A stretch of DNA of 64,000 nucleotides. Origin: Alphaproteobacteria bacterium. Its GTDB lineage: Bacteria > Pseudomonadota > Alphaproteobacteria > JABAAW01 > JAHZMA01. The notes beneath the pieces were generated by a model. It had not been told where the DNA came from, made no database searches, and was given only the letters and a program-made list of their open reading frames with translations. Shown one piece after another: positions 20,956 through 32,300 of the stretch (positions are counted from its first letter, which is position 1; every line of letters starts with the position of its first letter). The translations under genes were made by a program, and so were the position numbers. The stretch spans positions 756 to 64,755 of the forward strand of contig JAHZMA010000086.1 in the NCBI GenBank assembly GCA_022599575.1, written 5' to 3'.

Positions 20956-22218
20956 ATGCGTAGAGTGGTTGTCACAGGGATGGGTATTATTTGTCCGTTA
21001 GGTGTGGGTGTACCACATGTTTGGCAAAGAATTATCGATGGTAAGAGTGGCATTGCGTCAATCGATGCTTTTCCTACTGATGATTTGAAAGCAAAAATCG
21101 GTGGTATGGTGCCTGAAGGTGCCACCGCCGATGGGCTTTATAATCCCGATGATTGGAGTGAGGCAAAAGAACGCCGTAAAAATAATCAATTTATTATTTA
21201 TGCATCGGTTGCCGCTGATTTGGCACTTGCCGATTCTGGCTATCAGCCACAAAATGATGAACAAAGTGAGCGAACAGGCGTGTTAGTAGGGTCTGGCATT
21301 GGCGGTTTAACAACCGTTTATGAAGGATCTAACGTGCTTGATAATAAGGGGGCAAGTCGGTTAAGTCCGTTTTTTATCCCTTCGGCATTGATTAATCTGG
21401 CATCAGGACAAATTTCTATTAAACATGGTTTGCGTGGGCCTAATCATTCAGTGGTAACGGCTTGTGCCACTGGCACCCATGCGATTGGTGATGCGGCACG
21501 GTTGATTCAGTTTGATGATGCAGATGTGATGGTGGCAGGCGGTGCAGAAGCGGCGATTAGTCCGCTTGGTATTGCTGGTTTTTGTGCGGCGCGCGCGTTA
21601 ACAACCAATTATAATGACCGTCCGCAAGAAGCATCGCGTCCTTGGGATAAGGATAGAGATGGTTTTGTGATGGGTGATGGTGCGGGCGTTGTGATTTTAG
21701 AAGAGCTTGAACATGCCAAAGCACGTGGTGCTACTATTTACGGCGAAGTGGTTGGTTATGGGCTATCGGGTGATGCCAACCATATTACTGCCCCTGCCGC
21801 AGATGGCAATGGCGGTTTTAGGGCGATGAAAAACGCGATGCGCCATGCAAAAAGTAATATTGAAGATATTGGCTATGTGAATGCACATGGCACCTCAACA
21901 CCAACAGGTGATGATATTGAATTAAAGGCGGTGGAACGGTTTTTAGGCGCGCATGGTGAAAATGTGTTGATGTCTTCTACCAAATCAGCCATCGGGCATT
22001 TGCTAGGGGCAGCAGGCGCGGTGGAGGCGATTTTCACCTTAAAAGCGATGGAAAGTGGTATTTGTCCACCAACTTTGAATTTGCATAACCCTTCGGCCCA
22101 AACCAATATTGACCTTGTGCCATTAAAGGCAAAAGAGAAAAAAATTGACGTCGCTATCAGTAACTCATTCGGGTTTGGCGGCACAAATGCCAGCCTTATT
22201 TTCAAGAAATTTCAATAG
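20956..22218 (+). CDS. fabF: 3-oxoacyl-ACP synthase II
   Basis: RRVVVTGMG, TACATG, NAHGTST, KSAIGHLLGAAG, SNSFGFGG. Confidence 0.97.
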   Translation: MRRVVVTGMGIICPLGVGVPHVWQRIIDGKSGIASIDAFPTDDLKAKIGGMVPEGATADGLYNPDDWSEAKERRKNNQFIIYASVAADLALADSGYQPQNDEQSERTGVLVGSGIGGLTTVYEGSNVLDNKGASRLSPFFIPSALINLASGQISIKHGLRGPNHSVVTACATGTHAIGDAARLIQFDDADVMVAGGAEAAISPLGIAGFCAARALTTNYNDRPQEASRPWDKDRDGFVMGDGAGVVILEELEHAKARGATIYGEVVGYGLSGDANHITAPAADGNGGFRAMKNAMRHAKSNIEDIGYVNAHGTSTPTGDDIELKAVERFLGAHGENVLMSSTKSAIGHLLGAAGAVEAIFTLKAMESGICPPTLNLHNPSAQTNIDLVPLKAKEKKIDVAISNSFGFGGTNASLIFKKFQ

Positions 22219-22235
22219 ATTACAAATATTATTTA

Positions 22236-23222
22236 ATGAAAATTATTAAATTTTCACATCATTATCGCTTAAATGTTATCGGTATTAGCGGTGCGTTGTT
22301 ATTGTTACTATCATCCGCGTTGTTTTGGGCAATTTCTGCTCAAAGCATCTTAAAGCAAGATTATAACATGATTGTTGATGCTGGCAGTTCTGGCATCAAG
22401 ATTGCCAGTCATTTGCAAAATAATGATGTGATTACGAATCGCCATTTATTTCGGATTGCACTGATGTTAAGTGATGGGCATTTGCAGGCAGGCGAATATC
22501 GGCTTGATGCAGGCGATACAATTTGGCAAATTGTACGAAAAATGCAATCTGGCAAGGTGTTGATGCGCCAATTCACGCTTGTGGAAGGGCATACAGTTAA
22601 ACGCGTGTTGCAGCTGATTAACGATAATGAGTATCTAACGGGCGAGATTACCCTAGTCCCCCAAGAAGGAAGCCTATTGCCACAAACCTATCTTTATCAT
22701 CGTGGCATGGCGCGCAATCAGCTTATCAGTATGATGGCTGAAGCGATGGATGAAAAATTAGACATATTGTGGCAACAGCGCGACCCTAAAATCACCATCA
22801 AAAATAAAGAAGAGGCGCTTATATTAGCATCATTGGTGGAGCGTGAAACAGGTATCCCGTCCGAGCGCAAACATATCGCTGCAGTTTTTTATAATCGGCT
22901 ACGCAATGGTTGGCCGTTGCAAACCGACCCGACGCTGATTTATTGGGAAAGCGACAAATTAGGCTTCATGAATCGTCCGATTCGCCGTTCTGATTTGCGC
23001 CGCCGCCATGAATTCAACACTTATGTGTATGGCGGTTTACCACCCACTGCCATTGCCAACCCTGGCGAGGCTTCAATCCGTGCTGTGTTAAATCCTATCA
23101 CCACGAAGGATTATTTTTTTGTTGCTGATGGCACAGGTGGCCATGCTTTTGCCGAAACTTTGGCTGAGCATAATAAAAATGTAGCAAAATGGCGCGTTAT
23201 TGAAAAGAAGCGTAAGCAATAA
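22236..23222 (+). CDS. mltG: Endolytic transglycosylase MltG
   Basis: AGEY, EGSLLP.TY, LASLVERET, NRL..GWPLQTDPT, GLPPT.I.NPG, FVADGTGGH. Confidence 0.94.
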   Translation: MKIIKFSHHYRLNVIGISGALLLLLSSALFWAISAQSILKQDYNMIVDAGSSGIKIASHLQNNDVITNRHLFRIALMLSDGHLQAGEYRLDAGDTIWQIVRKMQSGKVLMRQFTLVEGHTVKRVLQLINDNEYLTGEITLVPQEGSLLPQTYLYHRGMARNQLISMMAEAMDEKLDILWQQRDPKITIKNKEEALILASLVERETGIPSERKHIAAVFYNRLRNGWPLQTDPTLIYWESDKLGFMNRPIRRSDLRRRHEFNTYVYGGLPPTAIANPGEASIRAVLNPITTKDYFFVADGTGGHAFAETLAEHNKNVAKWRVIEKKRKQ

Positions 23223-23308
23223 ACCATTTATGATGATAATATGTTGTTTTTTAGCAATTTTTTGATAAAGTAACGCATATGTCGAATCACCCCTAATGAA
23301 ATGCCACT

Positions 23309-24394
23309 ATGAACAATAACGATATGAATGATATTCCTGCATTGGAAATTAACAATCTCAGTTTCACCTATAGCAAAAATACGGTAGGCGTGGCTGATTT
23401 ATCGTTACGCTTAAATTCTGGTAAGATTATGGCATTGCTAGGGCCTTCGGGCTGTGGCAAAACATCGGTCTTGCGCTTGATTGCAGGGCTTGAAATACCA
23501 ACAAAAGGCGAGATTAAACTACATGGCACAATCGTTGCCAGTGGGAATAAGTCAGGTTTTATTGGTCCTGAAAAACGCGATATTGGCATGTTATTTCAGG
23601 AATATGCGCTATTTCCGCATTTAAGTGTGGCGGGTAATGTTGCTTTTGCGGGGCAGGCAAAGGGCAAATTAAGCAGTGATGATGTGATGCGCTTTTTAGA
23701 AATGGTGGATATGACCGAATTTGCCGACCGTTATCCGCATATGCTTTCGGGCGGGCAACAGCAAAGGGTAGCACTTGCCCGTGCCATTGCCAGTCATCCT
23801 AAATTATTATTGCTAGACGAACCTTTTTCGGGACTAGATGCACGCCTGCGTGACGAGGTGCGCGACCGCACATTGCATGTGATTCAGCAAGCGGGCATTG
23901 CCGCCTTGATGGTAACGCATGATGCCGAAGAAGCCATGTATATGGCAGACCATATTGCGCTGATGCGTGATGGTAAGTTGGTGCAGGCGGGCACACCTGA
24001 AACGCTTTATTATCAGCCCTATGATTTATTCACTGCCGCTTTCATGTCTGAAATTAATCATTTCACTCTGCCTGTGCAAGATGGCAAGGTAGCAACGCCC
24101 TTTGGCATGTTTACATCACCTGATAATGAAGCAAAGGCGGTGAATATCGCTATCCGCCCCGAAGCGTTACAGTTGAAACCCAGCACATCTAAAACATTAA
24201 GTGAATCGCAACATATGCGGGTGATGGCATCACGTCTGATTGGTGGTATGAGCATGGTGCATTTATATTGTCCAGAACTAGCAAATCAAGATGTGCATCT
24301 TCATGCTTATGTAACGGGGCGGTTTTTACCAAAACAAGGAGCGATTATGGATGTTACATTGGATAAGGCACAATTATTTATCTTTTCAGCATAG
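23309..24394 (+). CDS. ABC transporter ATP-binding protein (FbpC/PotA-like)
   Basis: Walker A GPSGCGKT, FQ.YALFPHL, LSGGQQQR, LLLDEPF, VTHD; TOBE-like C-terminus. Confidence 0.9.
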   Translation: MNNNDMNDIPALEINNLSFTYSKNTVGVADLSLRLNSGKIMALLGPSGCGKTSVLRLIAGLEIPTKGEIKLHGTIVASGNKSGFIGPEKRDIGMLFQEYALFPHLSVAGNVAFAGQAKGKLSSDDVMRFLEMVDMTEFADRYPHMLSGGQQQRVALARAIASHPKLLLLDEPFSGLDARLRDEVRDRTLHVIQQAGIAALMVTHDAEEAMYMADHIALMRDGKLVQAGTPETLYYQPYDLFTAAFMSEINHFTLPVQDGKVATPFGMFTSPDNEAKAVNIAIRPEALQLKPSTSKTLSESQHMRVMASRLIGGMSMVHLYCPELANQDVHLHAYVTGRFLPKQGAIMDVTLDKAQLFIFSA

Positions 24395-24467
24395 GTTTAA
24401 CTAGTGATTGCGGTTACGACCGATATGGTGTAAATATATGTTATTGTAAATTCAAAGTGAGGTAATT

Positions 24468-24716
24468 ATGGGTTCTTTTAGTATATGGCATTGGTTGATT
24501 GTGTTGGTTGTGGTTGTTGTGCTGTTTGGCGGTGGTGGCAAGATTTCTAGCATTATGGGCGATTTAGGCAAGGGCATTAAATCGATGAAAAAGAATTTGA
24601 AAGAAGATGACGATGCGGACACGATTGAAGAAGAAGAAATGCAGAAAGTAGGCGAGAAAAAGCCTAGCGATAAAAAATCAACCGCGAAAAAATCTAGCAC
24701 GACCAAAAAATCTTAA
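24468..24716 (+). CDS. tatA: Tat translocase subunit TatA
   Basis: [13 protein letters not shown]...LFG.GKI...[10 protein letters not shown]. Confidence 0.95.
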   Translation: MGSFSIWHWLIVLVVVVVLFGGGGKISSIMGDLGKGIKSMKKNLKEDDDADTIEEEEMQKVGEKKPSDKKSTAKKSSTTKKS

Positions 24717-25183
24717 TGTTAGATATTGGTTGGCAAGAACTTTTTATCATTGGCATGGTGTTATTGATTGTTGTTAAGCCACGCGATATTCCTGATGTTA
24801 TCGTTACGATTCGTGAATATATCGCTAAATTACGTGGCTTCAGCCGTGAATTTCATCATACGGTTGATGATTTGGTGCGCGAAAGCCAAATTCATGAGAT
24901 GAAAGATGACGTTGAACAGCAGGCAAGGCACCTTGTGAATCAGATGGATCATGATATGGGTGATTTTGATGTCGATGAGTGGCTGGATAAGCCAATCATG
25001 CCCGAAAAAAGCGATAAGAAAGCCGATAAAAAAGCTGGCGCATCAAACAAATCAACTGCAAAAAAATCAACAAAAAAGCCAGTGGCAAAGAAACAACCTG
25101 CGAAAAAAACTGGCAAAACCACAGTAAAATCACCCAAAAAAGTAACTTCAAAGAAAATTACGCCTAAAAATAAAAGCTCATGA
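24716..25183 (+). CDS. tatB: Tat translocase subunit TatB
   Basis: [19 protein letters not shown]; between tatA and tatC. Confidence 0.92.
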   Translation: MLDIGWQELFIIGMVLLIVVKPRDIPDVIVTIREYIAKLRGFSREFHHTVDDLVRESQIHEMKDDVEQQARHLVNQMDHDMGDFDVDEWLDKPIMPEKSDKKADKKAGASNKSTAKKSTKKPVAKKQPAKKTGKTTVKSPKKVTSKKITPKNKSS

Positions 25184-25998
25184 GTGATACCTCCAAATTA
25201 GATAAAGAAGCATCTGATGCAAAACCAGATGAGACAAAAGCAGGAATGCCATTGCATGAGCATTTGCGCGAATTACGAAAGCGTCTGATTTACTCGCTGT
25301 TAAGCTTTTTATTGGTGTTTATGGCGGGCTTTTATTTCGCCAAAGGGATTTTCAACTTTCTGGTGGCGCCATTACAAAATATCTGGCTTAATTCGGGCGG
25401 TAGCGAGGCGCGTGGCATGATTTTTACCGCCATGCACGAACAATTCATCACCGAGATAAAAGTCGCAATGTTTCTCGCGTTTTTGGTAACCATGCCTTTG
25501 ATACTGATTCAAATCTGGATGTTTGTTGCACCAGGGTTATATAAAAATGAAAAGCGGGTATTTGTGCCTTTTATGGTAGCAACCCCGCTGTTATTTGTGT
25601 TAGGGGCAAGCTTCGTCTATTATCTTGTATTACCCGCCGCATGGCATTTTTTCTTAGGGTTCGAACAAGCATCATCAGCCGAAGCTGTTGCGATTACGCT
25701 AGAACCAAAGGTGAATGAATATTTATCGCTGGTGATGCGGCTGATTTTTGCGTTTGGACTTTGCTTTGAATTGCCAGTTCTATTATTATTGCTGGTGCAG
25801 GCGGGCATCACTTCGGCGCAAGGGCTACGCAAAAAACGGCGCTATGCGATTGTGGTGGCGTTTGTGGTGGCGGCGGTATTAACCCCGCCCGACCCCTTAA
25901 GTCAGCTTGGGTTGGCGATACCGATTATTCTACTATATGAATTATCGATTTTAGGCGCCTTGCTGTTATCAAGAAAAAAGAAAGATTTTTCGGATTAA
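25180..25998 (+). CDS. tatC: Tat translocase subunit TatC
   Basis: MPL.EHL.ELR.RL, FVAPGLY.NE, FELP, TPPDP.SQ. Confidence 0.96.
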   Translation: MSDTSKLDKEASDAKPDETKAGMPLHEHLRELRKRLIYSLLSFLLVFMAGFYFAKGIFNFLVAPLQNIWLNSGGSEARGMIFTAMHEQFITEIKVAMFLAFLVTMPLILIQIWMFVAPGLYKNEKRVFVPFMVATPLLFVLGASFVYYLVLPAAWHFFLGFEQASSAEAVAITLEPKVNEYLSLVMRLIFAFGLCFELPVLLLLLVQAGITSAQGLRKKRRYAIVVAFVVAAVLTPPDPLSQLGLAIPIILLYELSILGALLLSRKKKDFSD

Positions 25999-26005
25999 GT
26001 AAATT

Positions 26006-27286
26006 ATGCATGATATTGATTTTATAAGAAAAAATACAGATGAATTTATTGAAGCCATGAAGCGGCGTGGATTATATGGAGTGGCAGATGAAATTCTTAG
26101 AATTGATGCATGGCGCCGTGACGCACAAACCAAACGTGATGAATTTTTAGCAAAGCGCAATCAATTATCGCAAGAAATTGGCAGAAGAAAAAAACAAGGC
26201 GATAATACCGAAGTGTTGATGAATCAGGTTAAAGAAGCAAAAACTTTTATTGAGGACTATGACAAGCACGAACAAGACTGCCAGCAAAAATTAACGGAGA
26301 TTCTAGAAATTCTGCCCAACATGCCCGATGCTTCGGTGCCAGATGGTAAAGATGAAAGCGATAATGTTGAGGTGCGGCGGTTTTTAGAAGCAGAAATGCC
26401 CGATTTCACGCCCGCGCAACATTTTGATATTGGCGAAAATCTTGGGTTGTTAGATTTCAAACGTGCCGCTCAGCTTTCGGGGGCGCGCTTTGCCATCAAA
26501 TATGGTGATTTGGCACGGTTAGAACGCGCCATCGCTAATTTTATGCTAGATACCCATATCACAGAACATGGCTATACTGAAATTGATGTGCCAATTTTGA
26601 CGAAATCATCAACGCTTTATGGGTCGGGGCATTTGCCGAAATTTACCGAAGATTTATATAAAATCGAAGGGCAGGATTTATGGCTGATACCAACATCGGA
26701 AACCATGTTGGCAAATTATGCTGCCGAACAGATTTTACCTGCTGAAAAATTACCGATTCGCCTCACTGCATGGACGCAATGTTTTCGTTCCGAAGCGGGG
26801 GCGGCAGGGCGCGATACGCGTGGCCTCATAAGAATGCACCAATTTTCTAAAGTAGAGATGGTCAGCATCACCGCACCCGAACAATCATTTAACGAATTAG
26901 ATCGCATGACAGAGTGCGCTGAAACTATCTTGAAAAAACTGGAACTTCCGTTTCGCACAGTGGCTTTATGTGTGGGTGATATGGGATTTGCCGCCACCAA
27001 AACTTATGATATTGAAGTCTGGCTAGCGGGCGCGGGTGCGTATCGCGAGATTTCAAGCTGTTCAAATTGTTTGGATTTTCAATCACGGCGCATGAATGCG
27101 CGGGCAAAATCGGCATCGGATAAAGGCACGCATTTTCCGCATATGCTGAATGGGTCAGGCTTGGCAGTAGGACGCACGATGGTGGCGATAATGGAAAATT
27201 ATCAAAATCAAGATGGCACGGTAACGATTCCAGTGGCTTTACGCAATTATATGGGTGGCAAAACCTTATTATCACCTGCTGAATAA
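26006..27286 (+). CDS. serS: Serine--tRNA ligase
   Basis: LIPTSE, FRSEAG.AGRDTRGLIRMHQF.KVE, EISSCSNC.DFQ.RR, LNGSGLAVGR. Confidence 0.97.
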   Translation: MHDIDFIRKNTDEFIEAMKRRGLYGVADEILRIDAWRRDAQTKRDEFLAKRNQLSQEIGRRKKQGDNTEVLMNQVKEAKTFIEDYDKHEQDCQQKLTEILEILPNMPDASVPDGKDESDNVEVRRFLEAEMPDFTPAQHFDIGENLGLLDFKRAAQLSGARFAIKYGDLARLERAIANFMLDTHITEHGYTEIDVPILTKSSTLYGSGHLPKFTEDLYKIEGQDLWLIPTSETMLANYAAEQILPAEKLPIRLTAWTQCFRSEAGAAGRDTRGLIRMHQFSKVEMVSITAPEQSFNELDRMTECAETILKKLELPFRTVALCVGDMGFAATKTYDIEVWLAGAGAYREISSCSNCLDFQSRRMNARAKSASDKGTHFPHMLNGSGLAVGRTMVAIMENYQNQDGTVTIPVALRNYMGGKTLLSPAE

Positions 27287-27305
27287 GTAGAAAAAAGGCG
27301 CGATA

Positions 27306-27917
27306 ATGACTGATTTTTTAAAAGAAATTGCCGATAAAATCAGCAATCAACACGTGCTAGATGCGATGAAACGCATCGATAGACATGCTTTTGTACCAGA
27401 GCTGATGCAAAATTTTGCCACCCGCGATACAGCTTTGCCGATTGAATGCGAACAAACCATCAGCCAGCCTTATATTGTTGCGCTGATGAGCGAGGCATTG
27501 CTGGCTCACCACCCCCATAAAATATTAGAGATAGGCACAGGTTCGGGTTATCAGGCGGCAATTTTAGCATGTCTGGTTGACGAGGTTTATTCTATCGAAC
27601 GGCATGAATTATTACACACTCAAGCCAAAAAGCGTCTGCAACAGCTTGGATTTAGCAATATTCACCTCAAATTAGGTGATGGCTGGCAAGGTTGGCAAGA
27701 AAATGCCCCTTATGATGGCATTATTATCACTGCCGCCGCCCCCGAAATGCCAACCGATTTATTAGCGCAATTAGCGGTGAATGGCGTGATGATTGTGCCA
27801 TTAGGCACAGATAAAGGCGGGCAGAAATTAAAAAAGATTGTTAAAAAATCTGAAACTGACTATAGTGAGGAAGATTTATTAGATGTTAGATTCGTGCCTT
27901 TTGTGCGCGATAATTAA
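27306..27917 (+). CDS. pcm: Protein-L-isoaspartate O-methyltransferase
   Basis: QTISQPYIVA, LEIGTGSGYQAA, GDG..GW...APYD.II.TAA, VRFVP. Confidence 0.95.
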   Translation: MTDFLKEIADKISNQHVLDAMKRIDRHAFVPELMQNFATRDTALPIECEQTISQPYIVALMSEALLAHHPHKILEIGTGSGYQAAILACLVDEVYSIERHELLHTQAKKRLQQLGFSNIHLKLGDGWQGWQENAPYDGIIITAAAPEMPTDLLAQLAVNGVMIVPLGTDKGGQKLKKIVKKSETDYSEEDLLDVRFVPFVRDN

Positions 27918-27937
27918 CCAGTAGGAAACCAAATTTT

Positions 27938-28792
27938 ATGCCTGAACCGCGCCATGTTAACGTAAAATCACTCACCATTGGCAATGATTTGCCCTTTGTT
28001 TTAATTGCTGGTCCGTGCCAGTTAGAAAGTCGCGCACATGGGTTGGAATTATCATCTGCGCTGAAAGAAATTTGCGATAGGGTGGGCGTTAGACTGGTTT
28101 ATAAAAGCTCGTATGATAAAGCGAATCGCACATCGTTAAAAGGCAGACGTGGCATTGGGCTTGAAGCATCGCTACCAATTCTTGCCGAAATTGCCGAAAC
28201 CCTCAATGTGCCAGTGATTACTGATGTGCATGAACCGCATCAATGCGCCATTGTAGCAGAGGCGGTGGATATATTACAGATTCCTGCTTTTCTATGTCGG
28301 CAAACTGATTTGCTGATTGCGGCCGCAAATACAGGCAAGGCATTAAATGTCAAAAAAGGGCAGTTTTTAGCACCTTGGGACATGCAAAATGTTGCCGCTA
28401 AAATCTCGGCAAGCGGTAATGATAATATTATGCTATGTGAACGCGGCGTTAGTTTTGGCTATAATACGCTGGTAACTGATATGCGCGCCTTGCCGATAAT
28501 GGCGCAGACGGGCTACCCTGTAGTGATTGATGCCACACATTCGGTGCAACAACCGGGCGGTGCAGGCACTGCATCGGGTGGCGATAGAAGCATGGTACCA
28601 GTGATTGCCCGTGCCGCAGTAGCGGTAGGGGTTGCGGCAATTTTCATGGAAACGCATCAAGACCCTGATAACGCACCTTCCGATGGTCCTAACATGGTGC
28701 GCTTAAAGCATGTTGAAAAATTACTAACTGATTTGGTTGCGCTTGATAAATTAAGCAAGGCAAACCCTTATAAGCAAGAAGATTTTGCGTAA
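27938..28792 (+). CDS. kdsA: KDO 8-phosphate synthase
   Basis: IAGPC, KSSYDKANRTS, QIPAFLCRQTDL, KKGQF, DATHSVQQPGG, SDGP. Confidence 0.97.
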   Translation: MPEPRHVNVKSLTIGNDLPFVLIAGPCQLESRAHGLELSSALKEICDRVGVRLVYKSSYDKANRTSLKGRRGIGLEASLPILAEIAETLNVPVITDVHEPHQCAIVAEAVDILQIPAFLCRQTDLLIAAANTGKALNVKKGQFLAPWDMQNVAAKISASGNDNIMLCERGVSFGYNTLVTDMRALPIMAQTGYPVVIDATHSVQQPGGAGTASGGDRSMVPVIARAAVAVGVAAIFMETHQDPDNAPSDGPNMVRLKHVEKLLTDLVALDKLSKANPYKQEDFA

Positions 28793-28806
28793 AAGCGATA
28801 GAGGCG

Positions 28807-29901
28807 TTAATTTATTGTGAGTGAGGTATCGTGAAAAACACGGCGTCCCGGTAAAAAACTTTGCTGAGAAAACATGAATTCGCGGTAAAAAGGAATCGGT
28901 TGCCACCGCCCTTGACTATTTTGTTGTTCCACATGCACCATACCAATATCACGCCCTTGCGAAATATAAAATGTGTCATGCACCGAATTTAAGCCCGCTT
29001 CCCAGCGAATACGCACCCGTTCATTATTGATTCGCACCTCGCCGCGATTTCTGATGTAATTCGTGCTCCAGCCTGATTTTCGTTGCCCGTAGCTGATAAT
29101 TTCATCAAAATGCCGTATTTTATCACTCACTGGTATATTTTTACCGATATAATATTGCGAAATTGTGTTGCTTTCATAAGCCGTAAGCGGTGTTGCCCCA
29201 AAAATCACCCAATCCTTATCAGTAATATCGGGTGCTTTCATCAATTTTCCAGTTTCTGCATAGCGGCGATAAAAATTATCAAACGAGACATATTCCGATG
29301 TCAGCACAGTCAGGTTCTTATCGTTTAACGCGCCCACAGCACCAAGCCCATTATTTTGCAAGAAAAGTGAGTTTGTTGTATCATCTTGCAATAGAATCGA
29401 TGCTTTATACAGCAAACCAGAATCCGTAAACTGATAGGTAACGCCATCAACCACGCGAGAATAAACCGCAAAAGCAGAATTATAAGGGTTATATGTTACC
29501 ATTATTGGTTGGTTGCCAACCACATCGTTGATAACACGAAACCAGAGTAAATAGCGGATAGGGTAAGCGCGTACATCATCGCCTATTTTCACCAGAATCA
29601 TTGGCTCTTTTGTGCCATGAATCACCTCCCCTTCAACAGGGTTGATAAATTCTGGATTGCTAACGCCATCTAATATTTCTTCCATACGGAGGGGCGAAAT
29701 CAGTAGATTGAGTGCAATATCGGTGCGGGTAAAGTCGGTTTCAGCAAGGCGGGCTTTCCATTCATCATTGAGAAAAGCATCTTCTTGTTGTGCTATAATG
29801 TTTTGCAATGGCATCATCAGCAGTAGCAACATCACCACACACGATAAATGAAAGCGTGTTAAAACATGTAATATTCGGTTCATCATTGATAATTCTAGCA
29901 T
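28807..29901 (-). CDS. Secreted DUF3179-like protein (divergent)
   Basis: Signal peptide; TDF, RAYP...L.W..V.ND.VG..P..VTY, F..SG.L, D..T.S, W..G..S..D...I..GRD.G pattern; start position uncertain. Confidence 0.65.
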   Translation of the reverse strand: MLELSMMNRILHVLTRFHLSCVVMLLLLMMPLQNIIAQQEDAFLNDEWKARLAETDFTRTDIALNLLISPLRMEEILDGVSNPEFINPVEGEVIHGTKEPMILVKIGDDVRAYPIRYLLWFRVINDVVGNQPIMVTYNPYNSAFAVYSRVVDGVTYQFTDSGLLYKASILLQDDTTNSLFLQNNGLGAVGALNDKNLTVLTSEYVSFDNFYRRYAETGKLMKAPDITDKDWVIFGATPLTAYESNTISQYYIGKNIPVSDKIRHFDEIISYGQRKSGWSTNYIRNRGEVRINNERVRIRWEAGLNSVHDTFYISQGRDIGMVHVEQQNSQGRWQPIPFYREFMFSQQSFLPGRRVFHDTSLTIN

Positions 29902-29955
29902 TGTTGAATGGGGGTCAATATATTCATAAGGTATTTTTTACTATAGTGTTACTGA

Positions 29956-31314
<1,359 letters not shown>

Positions 31315-31323
31315 CTGTCCCTA

Positions 31324-31995
31324 TCATACAACCAATTTTGCCCCGAATAATTTAGGAAATTCTGCTACTAATCGTTGGTCAAATTCCTGCATTGTAACAG
31401 TCACGCCTCGCTGATGTAACGATGTAACACCGTAATTTTGCGCGTTAATGCCGCATGGCACAATGCCATTAAAATGGCTCAAATCGGGGTTGATATTCAC
31501 CGCCAGCCCATGAAAACTAATCCATTTACGAATGCGAATACCAAGCGCAGCAATCTTCGCATATTTTTCGGTATCAGTTTGCACCCATATCCCGATTTTA
31601 CCATCAAGGGTGAATGCCGCTATGCCATATGTTTGCAATGTATTAATCACCCATTGCTCTAATGCGCTTACAAACAGGCGGATATCTTGATGCTGGCGTA
31701 AATCTAGCATTACATAGATGATTCTTTGCCCTGGCCCATGATAGGTATATTGCCCACCCCGATTGGTTTGATAGACGGGGAAACGTTCTGCTTCAAGTAA
31801 ATCTGTGGGCTTTGCCGAAATGCCGCCTGTGTAAATCGGTGGATGCTGTAACAACCAGATTAAATCAGTTTCGGTGTTGTCATGTATTTTCTGCACATGA
31901 TTTTGCATAAATTCTTGTGCCTGTTGATAATCTATGAGTGCCTCATTTATCTCTGGGCTGATTTTTAAGTTAATTTTATTTGGCAAGAGTTGCAT
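31324..31995 (-). CDS. lipB: Octanoyltransferase LipB
   Basis: QHPPIYT.G, RGGQ.TYHGPGQ, KIAALG, HGLA.N, IVPCG. Confidence 0.95.
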   Translation of the reverse strand: MQLLPNKINLKISPEINEALIDYQQAQEFMQNHVQKIHDNTETDLIWLLQHPPIYTGGISAKPTDLLEAERFPVYQTNRGGQYTYHGPGQRIIYVMLDLRQHQDIRLFVSALEQWVINTLQTYGIAAFTLDGKIGIWVQTDTEKYAKIAALGIRIRKWISFHGLAVNINPDLSHFNGIVPCGINAQNYGVTSLHQRGVTVTMQEFDQRLVAEFPKLFGAKLVV

Positions 31996-32018
31996 TTTTT
32001 ATCATATAAGAGTAGTTA
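31990..32018 (+). promoter_or_regulatory. Possible sigma70 promoter for tRNA-Leu
   Basis: TTGCAT-N17-TAGTTA about 10 bp upstream of the tRNA, overlapping the lipB start codon; weak -10 match. Confidence 0.3.
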
Positions 32019-32028
32019 AAGACTATGT

Positions 32029-32115
32029 GCGGTCGTGGCGGAACTGGTAGACGCGCAGCGTTGAGGTCGCTGTGGGAGCAATCCCGTGGAAGTTCAAATC
32101 TTCTCGACCGCACCA
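32029..32115 (+). tRNA. tRNA-Leu (GAG)
   Basis: Acceptor stem GCGGTCG/CGACCGC, D-loop TGGTAGAC, anticodon arm CAGCG-TTGAGGT-CGCTG, long variable arm, T-loop GTTCAAAT, encoded 3' CCA. Confidence 0.96.
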
Positions 32116-32300
32116 TGATATTATGTATTGATGTGATATGCAAGCATATCAGAGGCGGTTGTGCCGAAATTGAGAAGCACGCAACATTAACCGCATATAT
32201 TTACAAAAATAATTTGTAAAAGATAAAAATTGAATTTTCTTTCTTGATAGGAATGAAGTAGTATAATGATATAAAATTATTGTAGTATGAAGAGGGCATT

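Noticed and set aside
32025-32219. 64-aa ORF after lipB
   Set aside because: It coincides with the tRNA-Leu gene
32029-32300. tRNA-Leu as an island integration site
   Set aside because: No integrase and no duplicated tRNA 3' end seen; maeB follows directly
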